From positions 160,001 to 224,000 of the forward strand of contig CAVXRD010000001.1 in the NCBI GenBank assembly GCA_963764165.1: 64,000 nucleotides of DNA. The letters are read 5' to 3'. This document shows positions 55,401 through 64,000 of this stretch, piece after piece; within the stretch, counting starts at the first letter, position 1; each line of letters starts with the position of its first letter. The notes under the pieces were generated by a model, which did not search any database, was not told the DNA's origin, and saw only the letters and a list, made by a program, of their open reading frames with translations. Both the position numbers and the translations under genes were made by a program. This DNA is from an uncultured Verrucomicrobiae bacterium (lineage in GTDB: Bacteria; Verrucomicrobiota; Verrucomicrobiia; Limisphaerales; Palsa-1400).

Positions 55401-56407
55401 GTCTTGGTAACGAGTTGTGTTTGGTTGGTCGGATTATAACTGTACGCAGATGTGCGCAGCAACGCGTCAAATTGGTTGGACAGGGTTCCGTCGTTAGCGG
55501 GAGAATACACGTTGCTCACGGTCATAATGCCGCGCCCGTCAAACACCTGCGTAAGGCGATTACAATTCGGATTAGCGTTGGTTCCATAGGAGTAAGTGGT
55601 AATTTCATAGGTTCCAAGCACGCGATCCACCAGCTTATCCACCTCAGTGAGAAGCCCATTCGTTGGATTGCCCTGAACGAAATATCTGACCGCATAATTG
55701 GTTGAGGACGTTCCACCTGAAAGGTTCCCAGCAGCTTGAACACTATCAGACACATTAATCCATGTTCCCGAAGCATTAGTCGCATAATTGAATTGAATCG
55801 ACTTGCCGCAAGAATGTTGCATGGCGATCAGCCGATTCAGAGCGTCGTAATAGTATGTTACCGAATTGCTATTGGCATCAATGATTTGGCGGAGTCCCCA
55901 CGTTGGTCCGCCGTTGATCAGGAAAAATTGATATAATGTCCCTGCGGTTGTCGCGTAGTTGAACGTGTCGGGCGCAAACGGCGTGTCATCTTCCGGATCG
56001 ACCGTTAGAGAGAAAGGATGGCTGTCCCAGGTATCCCCAATATCAGAAACGCCAAGATAGAGTGTCGAACTGGCAGAATAGCTACAGGTCAGAGTGCCCT
56101 CGTTCAAATAGCAGGGCTGCAGTGTCAGCGGGATTCCATTGTCGGGGGCATCTTGAACAGATCCCAAGGTGGGCGCAAATACAGCCGTTCCGCCGCCCGG
56201 GAGCGTGATCGTAATCATGTGACTCGTTGATTCAGCCGCAATATCATCCGAAAGTTGATCTAAACCCGCCTGGATCCACCCCGTGGCCAGATTGCCGTTG
56301 GCGATCGTCAATGTCGCCGTGTTCCAAGAAGGAGTCCATCCAATTCCCAAATCTGAGGGGCTATTCGTGTATTGACTGGTATAGGAGCGCGCAATTGCAA
56401 GCGGCAA
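52430..56407 (-). pseudogene. N-terminally truncated RHS protein with PD-(D/E)xK nuclease-like C-terminal toxin
   Basis: YD repeats; core RYTGQQWD..YYLRARNYDPKLGRFWTMD..PVNMTDLSG; tip LPDLVN..VFEIKP..QLAGY. Begins mid-domain (GLPLAIARSY) with no signal peptide or upstream domains. Confidence 0.85.
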
Positions 56408-56410
56408 GCC

Positions 56411-56821
56411 GAACGGACGAACGACCAGACCGCCTTTGACTTTGTGGGGACGGGCAGCAAATGGGAGAAGCCTTCAAAAATGTGGTGGCGATTTTTCAAG
56501 CAGAACGACGAGTTGAATCTGCCGCATCTCACGTTCCATTGCACCCGCGTCACCTTTGTCACGCGCGGGGCCAAGCAGGGCGTGCCGCAGTCCAAAATGA
56601 TGAAGCTGGTCAATCATGCGAGCGAGGAAATCCACCGGGTCTATCAACGGCTGGTCGTGGCCGACGTGCGCGATGAATTGAACGCCATCAAATTTCCTGT
56701 GGCCGCTGCGCCTGTGCCGCCGCCTTCCGATGACTCCCCAGCCCAGCCCGCAGCCGAAAGGAGGGGCGAGCGCAAATCCAGTCAAACACATCATTCAGAG
56801 GACGGCACGAAGGCCGCGTAG
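56411..56821 (+). pseudogene. C-terminal fragment of a tyrosine recombinase
   Basis: LTFHCTRVTF..LVNHAS..HRVY (HxxR, H, Y); N-terminal half missing. Confidence 0.8.
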
Positions 56822-56967
56822 CCCTTTCATCGCTGAAAGTTCGCGCCCGGTGATAAGACCACACCGCCGCGCCTCGACCGCAATGGGGTGGAGATCGGCG
56901 ACGGCATTCGGGTTGTCTCCATGCACATATCCTCAATTTATTTGAGGAAGTGTGCGAGTCTGGATTC

Positions 56968-57372
56968 TTAAACGCCCTCAAATGCCAGATGCTCCTGCCG
57001 AGGGTCATCCTTGGAATGACACTCATACACGTCCCGCATCCGAAAGGAGGGGTGAGCGTAAATCCACTCCGAAACCTCCACCGGGTCCAAACGGCGGGGC
57101 CGCGTCGCCTCATTCGGATACATGGCCTTTTTGACCGCCAGAACGTAGCTGACCGAGTAGCCAAGTTCGCTGGCGATCTCGCCCGCCGTGCAGTGGCGGT
57201 GATGCTCGCCAGAAGGGGCGGGAGGCGGAGAAGAAGGCTGCCCGCCGATTTTGGGCCGTTTGCGGGCCACCGTCTGCTTTTGGGCCAAAGGCGAACTTCC
57301 CGGGCTCTCAACCGCCGTCGGCGAGCGGAAAAACTCGTGGTTGTCATGGTAGCGAAATGTTCTGCCGTCCAT
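56968..57372 (-). CDS. Hypothetical, possible HTH DNA-binding protein
   Basis: TAGEIASELGYSVSYVLAVKK HTH-like stretch. Confidence 0.4.
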   Translation of the reverse strand: MDGRTFRYHDNHEFFRSPTAVESPGSSPLAQKQTVARKRPKIGGQPSSPPPAPSGEHHRHCTAGEIASELGYSVSYVLAVKKAMYPNEATRPRRLDPVEVSEWIYAHPSFRMRDVYECHSKDDPRQEHLAFEGV

Positions 57373-57547
57373 AGTGCCTCCTTTACCACGGCCAAGACTT
57401 GCGGCGTGGATGCGACGGAACGTTTCTCGGTGTTTCCATAACGCCTCTAAAACAAATGTGTGTTTTCACGCCTCAACTATGACGTGGCTTCACAAAAAAG
57501 TTGTAACGCAGCCTGAACATCTTTTTGAGGCAACTTGTGCTATATTA

Positions 57548-58648
57548 TTGATCTCTGTATAATATAGTGACAATATCACCAAAGCTCGGCTTGCTTCCAG
57601 AAGGCAGTGACCAATTTGGGTCTGCGCCGCATCCGGCTCAGGGCCTTGCGCCCGCAATGACTCAACTTCGCCAGGTCGGCCGCGCAAAGATTGGGCAACT
57701 CGTGCTGCTTGAAGTAACCCCAGACATACTCGGTGGGATTGAGTTCGGGCGCATAGGCAGGCAGTCGTTCCACCCAGATTTTGCCTTTCAGTTGATCCAC
57801 ATAGTCCCGCACCAGCCGGCTGCGGTGGATGGGACCACCGTCCCAAATGACCAGAAGCTTGCCCGGGATGTGGCGTTGCAGATGTTTCAAGAATTCGATC
57901 ACCTGCGGGCCTTTGATGGTGCCGGGGTAAAGCCGGAAGTAAAAGTTCCAGACCGTCACCCCGGCGATGATCGAAAGCTTTTTCCAGTTGAAGTCGAACT
58001 GCAATACCGGGGTCTGGCCGCGCGGCGCCCAAGTGCGAACCCGGTGCGGCTTCTGGCTCAATCCGCTCTCGTCGATGAAAACCACGATTCGCCTCTCGCG
58101 GAGGGCTTTTTTTTAAGCTGCGGCCAGCGCACTTTGCGCCAGCGGGTGATCTCCCGCTCATGGCGCTGCCGAGCCTGGGTGGTGGGCCGCTGGCAGCTCC
58201 AACCCAGCTTTTGCAGAAGCCGGCAAACATGGTCCTCGTGGTATTGGACGCCCGTCAACCGTTGGATAACGGCGGCCACCCGCCGGGTGGTCCAAAGCTG
58301 GGTGCCAAAGTCATGGGCTTCGGGTCCCTGTTTGAGGGCCCGTTCCAACTGGCGGAAGTTCTCGTCGGTCAGGCGGGGCTTGCGCCCGGCTCGCCCAGCC
58401 TTTTTGAGAGAGGGCGCGCCATGGTCCTGCCAAGCCTTATGCCAGCGGCTGACCGATTGCCGGTGGACGCCAACTTGGCGGGCGACCTCGGCCTGGCTCA
58501 AGCCTCGGTCGAAAAGTTTGACGGCTTTCATGCGCCGCCGTTCCAGTTGTGCAAACTGCGCCAAATCGCGTTTTACGCCTTTAGGATTTCCCATACCCAA
58601 AAATTAGCATAAAAACAATAATGTGTCACTATATTATGCAGAGATCAA
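57548..58648 (-). mobile_element. IS630-family element; ORFs 58058-58600 (HTH) and 57576-58085 (DDE) joined by a probable -1 frameshift
   Basis: Terminal inverted repeats ttgatctctg(t/c)ataatatagtgaca flanked by TA; VFIDESG, VIWDG, LPAYAPELNPTEYVW; A8 run at the ORF overlap. Confidence 0.93.
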
Positions 58649-58931
58649 TAATTATTTTGGGCCGAATTTTGCCGATCAGCCTAAAAACTTTCAGCCCATT
58701 CGGGCGAGGCCAGTCGGCCATTTTCGGGGCGCTCATCGCGGGGCCGCATTGAATGAATTCTTCATATTGCGGCAAGCCTGCCGCAACGGACTGACGGCGG
58801 GGTGTGTGACACACACGAAATGACTTTGCTCCATAATCCAAATTGTCTGCCCGGGCAATTGGCTCAAATGGCTCATTCGCAAACAAGTCGTCACGCTCCG
58901 CTCAACCTGGGGCTGAAATTGGATGCGGGGC

Positions 58932-58973
58932 TTGACTATTGTCCGAAAAGAGCATACATATTTCTGACAATAG
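58932..58973 (+). promoter_or_regulatory. Promoter with inverted-repeat operator for the AbiE operon
   Basis: TTGACT at 58932; ctattgtccgaaa (58936-58948) and tttctgacaatag (58961-58973) form a 12/13 inverted repeat. Confidence 0.6.
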
Positions 58974-58980
58974 GTTTGAA

Positions 58981-59593
58981 ATGAATGTAACAAATCCAAT
59001 AGATCAAGCGATGCTCGCACGAATCAAAACGCGCGGGGATGGCTGGGTTTTCGCGCCAAACGACTTCGTTGACCTTGGCAAGCGGCCCGCAGTGGACAAG
59101 GCGCTATCACGGATGGCGGCAACCGGAGTGATCCGCCGGGTTTCTCGCGGGTTGTATGATGTTCCCCGTCAGCATCCCATCGTGGGAACGACCGCGCCGA
59201 GCGTGGACAAGACCGCCCGTGCGCTGGCGGGCAAAGCGGGCGCGCGGCTGCAACCGACCGGAGCGTATGCCGCCAATCTGCTGGGGCTGTCCGACCAAGT
59301 GCCCGCCAAAGTCATTTTTTTGACAGACGGACGGAGCAAACGAATCCGGCTTGGAAAATTGGACATCGGTACTAAAACAGACTTCGCCGCGAACGATGGC
59401 GACCGCCGGAAAAATCAGCGGCTTGGTGATTCAGGCATTGCGTTACCTCGGCAAGACGCATGTCAATGACAACACGGTAAAACGTCTGGAGCGCAAATTA
59501 TCCGCAGACGACCGGAAGCAATTGCTGGCCGATCTGGCTTACGCCCCGACTTGGATTGGCAATATCATGCGACGCCTGGCGACGGAGTTGTGA
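58981..59593 (+). pseudogene. AbiEi-like (DUF6088-type) type IV antitoxin, frameshifted near 59369
   Basis: DFVDLGKRPAVDKALSR..RRVSRGLY..AANLLGLSDQVPAK continues in another frame as VLKQTSPR..LVIQALRYLGK..APTWI. Confidence 0.8.
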
Positions 59594-59596
59594 ATT

Positions 59597-60619
59597 ATGG
59601 ACGACTTCGTAAAATTGAGAGCCAAGGAACGGCGGATTTTCTTTGAGGGAACATCTGGACCGAAAAACATGGAGGCGCAAATTGTCGAAAAAGACTTTTG
59701 GGTCTGTTGGACGTTGAAGGAGTTGTTCCGGCTGCCTGAGATTGGAGAGCACCTTATTTTCAAAGGCGGCACGTCGCTGTCAAAGGTGTTCAAGGTCATC
59801 GAGCGATTTTCCGAGGACATTGACGTTTCGATTGACCGGAGCTATCTCGGCTTCGGCGGCGCGAACGAGCCGGAAGCGGGCGCGAGCAACAAGGAGAAGC
59901 AACGGCGCATTGAGGCGCTCAAAGCCGCGTGCCGGCGCAAAATCGGAGGCGACCTGCTGACTGCATTACAAGCCGCCATCAAATCAAAGGTTCGCCATGA
60001 CGAAACATGGTCGCTGCATTCCGACGATGACGACCCGGACAGGCAGACTTTGTTGTTCGATTATCCAACGAGTTTTGCGCCGGTCACGTCCGCCTACATC
60101 CGACGATCAGTAAAAATCGAAATGGGGGCGCGGGCGGACCACTGGCCGAGCGAAACGAAGACGATCACGCCGTATGTGGCGGAAAAGTTTCCAACAGGAT
60201 TTCGCGAGCCGAATTGCGCGCTGAAAGTTTTGTCGGTGGAACGAACCTTTTGGGAGAAGGCGACAATTCTACACGCCGAGTTTCATCGCCCGGCGGACAA
60301 GGTGATGCCGGAGCGCTTCTCGCGGCACTACGGCGACTTCTACGAGTTGATTCATAAAGGCGTGTCAAAATCTGCAACCATAAAACTGGACTTGCTGGCG
60401 CGAGTGGCCCAGCACAAAAGTCTGTTCTTCAAATCCTCCTGGGCGAAGTACGGCGAAGCGGCCAAGGGAACTTTGCGGGTCGTGCCTCCAGAGCACCGAC
60501 TGAAAGCGTTGCGAGAGGACCACCAAAAGATGCAGCAAATGTTTTTCGGTGAGCCGCCCGAATTTGACAAAATCATCGCGCTCCTGAATCAATGGGAGTC
60601 CGAGTTCAACCAGATTTAA
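59597..60619 (+). CDS. AbiEii/AbiGii-family nucleotidyltransferase toxin
   Basis: VEKDFWV, FKGGTSLSK, IERFSEDID, RTFWEKA, SRHY.D. Confidence 0.92.
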   Translation: MDDFVKLRAKERRIFFEGTSGPKNMEAQIVEKDFWVCWTLKELFRLPEIGEHLIFKGGTSLSKVFKVIERFSEDIDVSIDRSYLGFGGANEPEAGASNKEKQRRIEALKAACRRKIGGDLLTALQAAIKSKVRHDETWSLHSDDDDPDRQTLLFDYPTSFAPVTSAYIRRSVKIEMGARADHWPSETKTITPYVAEKFPTGFREPNCALKVLSVERTFWEKATILHAEFHRPADKVMPERFSRHYGDFYELIHKGVSKSATIKLDLLARVAQHKSLFFKSSWAKYGEAAKGTLRVVPPEHRLKALREDHQKMQQMFFGEPPEFDKIIALLNQWESEFNQI

Positions 60620-61022
60620 TTTATCTTCTCAGATAATGAGAAGATTAGTGAGATGACTACGAGCCGAAAATGAGCCGAATGTGGCGCGTTTTGGAGAACG
60701 CGGATTCAGTGCCTGGTCGTGCCGTCATTGTCCCCAGGATTGCGCCCGTCCTGTGCCCTCGCAACACTGGGGCCAATGCAGCCACCACCAGGACAGTCTT
60801 GGACGGACTGTAATCCGCTTTGGACGCCTAAACCAGCGCGCCGAGGGACCGTGCCGCCATTCCCCTTGTCCCTCCCGCTCCGTTCGTCAGACGCAGAGCC
60901 TGCCCAGGCTCCGCTCTGCCCTCTCGCTCGTTTTTTCCATCGTAGCGACTCCGAGAATCCGTCAAGTTAGAATCAGTGCCAGTCGCTGCCTGAGTGGCAA
61001 ACTTTTTACCCGATTGCCGCTA

Positions 61023-61406
61023 TCATCTGAATAATCCATCCGAATGCGAACGCACCAACTCCCGAAAGGATAGTTTCAGCACTTGTGGCTCCGATGCGCG
61101 AATAATGTCTTTGTTCTTTGGGTATCTATGCCTCGTCTTCGTCATGGTACTGATAACTGTTGGGAGCGTGGCTCCAATATACAACGCTGAATACCAAGTG
61201 CTGGCTTGGAGGGCAATGGCCATGACTCCACCAAGTCCGGCATACACAGCACTGATTGCAAAATACCACAACGAAAATTTCACCCTTGTCTCACGCAATC
61301 CATAAAATCGGACAATCTCTGGGGCGACGGCTCCAAGGCTTCCGAGAAGCATTGATACAATATTACTTTGTGGATGATCCATTCTCGCTTCCGTTAAGTT
61401 GTCCAA
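61023..61406 (-). CDS. Small membrane hypothetical protein
   Basis: Three hydrophobic segments; start uncertain. Confidence 0.5.
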   Translation of the reverse strand: MDNLTEARMDHPQSNIVSMLLGSLGAVAPEIVRFYGLRETRVKFSLWYFAISAVYAGLGGVMAIALQASTWYSALYIGATLPTVISTMTKTRHRYPKNKDIIRASEPQVLKLSFRELVRSHSDGLFR

Positions 61407-61448
61407 ACCATCAAACAGTGCACAATTCCACTGCCTCGCATAAACCTC

Positions 61449-62903
61449 CTACGGCGACACTTGCACTGCCCGGTAAAACCGCTGTCCTCCAGCAGGATTC
61501 GTGTCGAGTATAAATTGTGGGTTGGTTTGCAGCGTGACATTGAAAAGCGGTGTCCAGAGTGATGGGGTATTTAACTGCGAAGTGCTTTCAATCAGATATG
61601 TATTGCTCACCACGCCGGTAAGGCTCATCCCGAAATAAAGCTGCGGACTCAATAGATTCAATGTTGCCGAGGAGGTGTCGCTATTCAAACGGGCAATTCG
61701 ATTGATGTTGGTGCCGTTAAAACTTGTGAAATTTCCAGCAATGAGAGTCTTGCCATCGGGTTGACATCCAAGAATAACGCTGGCCACAGTATAGCCGGGG
61801 ACATTGGGGCCGGAGCCTGGATTGAAAGTGACATCCAACGTCCCATTGGTATTGAGCCTTGCCAAGCCCCCAGCAACGCTGACGCCGTTAAAGGAGGTGA
61901 AAAGTCCTGAAATAATCACTTTTCCATCAGGCTGCAAGGCGATTGCGGTTACAGGGCTATTCGCGCCTACGCCAGGGTTAAAATTGGTGTCGAGGCTGCC
62001 ATCCGCATTCAGGCAAGCGATATAAGTGCGCGAATAACCGTTGATGCTTGTGAACCCGCCGCCAATCAAAATCTCGTCCTGCGGCGTCACAGCCAAGCTC
62101 TGAACATTTCCGTCCTGTAGCAGGGAATTAAATGAGCCATCGACGCTGCCGTCAGTATTCAGACGAGCGAGATAATTCAGGTTGCTGTTATTTACGCTTG
62201 TAAAAGATCCGCCAATGACTATCTGACCGCTTGACTGCAATCCGAGCGCATTTACTGACCCGTTCGCACCCGTGCCATTATTGAAAGTTCCATCCACGGC
62301 ACCATTCGTATCGAGCCGAGCAATATTGTTGAGGTTAGTCCAGTTACCATTACCGAGGGAGACACGGGCAAAGTCCCCAACAATCAGCACCTTTCCATCA
62401 GACTGCAACGCGATGGCAAGCACAGTGCCCCCACCGCTGATGCTGCCGCTGTAGAGAACACCCCCGCCATTGGCAGCACTCGTGTTGAACGCCGTGTCCA
62501 CACTACCACCGGTTCGGAGGCCTATTGGCTCGTTCCAAGACAGTCCATTCCAGCCAGAATAGCCGCCTCCGATGAGTATTTCGCCATCCGCCTCCACGGC
62601 CAACGCGCCCACTAACGGGGGGTAAGAACCTACGGGGCCCACACCCGCGTAAAATGAGGAGTCCAAACTGCCGTCTGCGTTAAGGCGTGCGACATAGTTT
62701 TCGTTAGCTCCATTAAAATGCGTGAAGGCACCACCTATCACGATTTGCCCGTTGGTCTGAAGCGCCATGCAATAAACTTGACCATCGGCGCCAGAGCCAG
62801 GATTGAATGTCATATCCAGTGAGCCGGGCTGGGCGCAGGACAGAAAAGCGGAGGCTAAAAAGGAAGCCACAATTACTGCTTTGGCCATTCGTTTTGTTCT
62901 CAT
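61449..62903 (-). CDS. Secreted delta-60 repeat (beta-propeller) protein
   Basis: Signal peptide; repeated ALQxDGKILIGGxFT..ARLNxDGSLDxxF. Confidence 0.9.
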   Translation of the reverse strand: MRTKRMAKAVIVASFLASAFLSCAQPGSLDMTFNPGSGADGQVYCMALQTNGQIVIGGAFTHFNGANENYVARLNADGSLDSSFYAGVGPVGSYPPLVGALAVEADGEILIGGGYSGWNGLSWNEPIGLRTGGSVDTAFNTSAANGGGVLYSGSISGGGTVLAIALQSDGKVLIVGDFARVSLGNGNWTNLNNIARLDTNGAVDGTFNNGTGANGSVNALGLQSSGQIVIGGSFTSVNNSNLNYLARLNTDGSVDGSFNSLLQDGNVQSLAVTPQDEILIGGGFTSINGYSRTYIACLNADGSLDTNFNPGVGANSPVTAIALQPDGKVIISGLFTSFNGVSVAGGLARLNTNGTLDVTFNPGSGPNVPGYTVASVILGCQPDGKTLIAGNFTSFNGTNINRIARLNSDTSSATLNLLSPQLYFGMSLTGVVSNTYLIESTSQLNTPSLWTPLFNVTLQTNPQFILDTNPAGGQRFYRAVQVSP

Positions 62904-63140
62904 ATTTGTCTGGACGCTGTGCCTGACCGTAATTGTTGTCCAGCATAAATTTACGCGCTCAAAATCGCTGTTCAGGCGAAGAATTCGCAACTGCTAGACC
63001 GGGGGGCGGCCCGTTCAAGGCCGCTGATACCAAAACCAGACATAAACCCGACAAACCCGACATGGCGAAACGAGCCGTCACGTTCCGCCCGGCGCAACAC
63101 AGTGTTTGACTCCCGCGAATTCGCAGGCATCCTTTTCTAA

Positions 63141-63491
63141 ATGAAATCGGTTTCTGATCTCTCTGTGGCCGACCTACGGCGCGTCATTGCGCTCAAGGAG
63201 CAAATCGAGTCGTTGGAAGGACAACTCGAAGCCATAGCCGGGGAATCTAGCGCCGACGCTGCCAGCCCAGCCGAGACCCCTGTTCCCGTCAAGCGTACCA
63301 AACGCCGCCTGTCGGCAGCGCATCGGCGCAAACTTATCAAAGCTCTCGCAAAGGCGCGAAAGATACGATGGGCAAAAGCGACCGGGACCAACGCGGCTCC
63401 AAAGAAACGCCGCATGAGCGCGGCGGGACGCGCTGCCATATCAGCCGCAGCCAAGGCGCGATGGGCCAGGGTCCGGGCGGCAAAAGCCTAA
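63141..63491 (+). CDS. Small basic Lys/Arg/Ala-rich protein, possible nucleoid-associated protein
   Basis: N-terminal coiled coil plus two KRR(L/M)SAA.R......(K)ARW-like repeats; TTGACT promoter-like motif at ~63106. Confidence 0.7.
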   Translation: MKSVSDLSVADLRRVIALKEQIESLEGQLEAIAGESSADAASPAETPVPVKRTKRRLSAAHRRKLIKALAKARKIRWAKATGTNAAPKKRRMSAAGRAAISAAAKARWARVRAAKA

Positions 63492-63889
63492 CCTTGTAGT
63501 TCTGACGGAAGTTCATCCAGCGATTCCCTTTCCGGGGCGAAGCCAACGACAATCAGATTTGTATCCTCACTCAGCGGCTTGATTTCAATGCGTCGAATGA
63601 AGGGCTGGTTCTTATCAGGCTGTTCGTACGTGGAGTCATTTTCCTGGATGGACTCGACAGCGTGCTGAACGAGGTCATCGTAAATGGAAGAAAGACGGTG
63701 TCCCTCGATGCGAACCTCGCAGGTTGCAAACGTGAGCACCAGAGCCACGGAGGGGTTGTACTGCACCATTTCCAAATACGAATAAGGCAGCGCGACGGCG
63801 TTGCGGCCCGTGGCGCGAATGTCAAGCATGGCGACGACACGGGAATGATTGACCGTGTACGAACGGCGGGTTTGAGATACTTCACTCAT
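63488..63889 (-). CDS. Hypothetical protein
   Basis: 133 aa ATG ORF with an upstream purine-rich RBS-like stretch. Confidence 0.55.
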   Translation of the reverse strand: MSEVSQTRRSYTVNHSRVVAMLDIRATGRNAVALPYSYLEMVQYNPSVALVLTFATCEVRIEGHRLSSIYDDLVQHAVESIQENDSTYEQPDKNQPFIRRIEIKPLSEDTNLIVVGFAPERESLDELPSELQG

Positions 63890-64000
63890 AATTGTATTCC
63901 TTGTTTTGTTGCTTTCTTGCGTTCAATTTTTTGCAATGCTTTTTGGCGAATTGTTTGCTCCGGCGTTTGCCGATTCGTTGTTTGCTCCGGCACAAGCTGC

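Overview
GC-rich bacterial accessory region; protein style suggests Verrucomicrobiota (inference). Contents: (1) 1-14005, minus strand: a giant (>4600 aa) signal-peptide-bearing Ig/LamG/RCC1/FN3/RHS protein that runs off the window edge, so the ORF track misses it. (2) A RelE/ParE-like toxin-antitoxin pair and a one-spacer mini-CRISPR whose spacer matches the cas promoter next to a TTA PAM. (3) A complete type I-G CRISPR-Cas locus with a 92-repeat array, followed by a truncated acyltransferase and an IS110. (4) 34.3-53.1 kb, the main candidate novel system: tandem 7.6 and 9.4 kb integrative elements plus an older remnant. Each has a tyrosine recombinase, primase-ATPase, XRE regulator and HUH Rep-like gene. 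They appear to insert at a palindromic site (GGTATC-CATCGT-GATACC) inside the conserved RHS core, install a new toxin tip and immunity gene, and fuse the displaced tip to an element-encoded signal peptide. (5) A second, N-truncated RHS gene, an integrase fragment, IS630, an AbiE TA pair with a frameshifted antitoxin, a delta-60 repeat protein and small hypotheticals. All calls come from reading the sequence; no searches were run.
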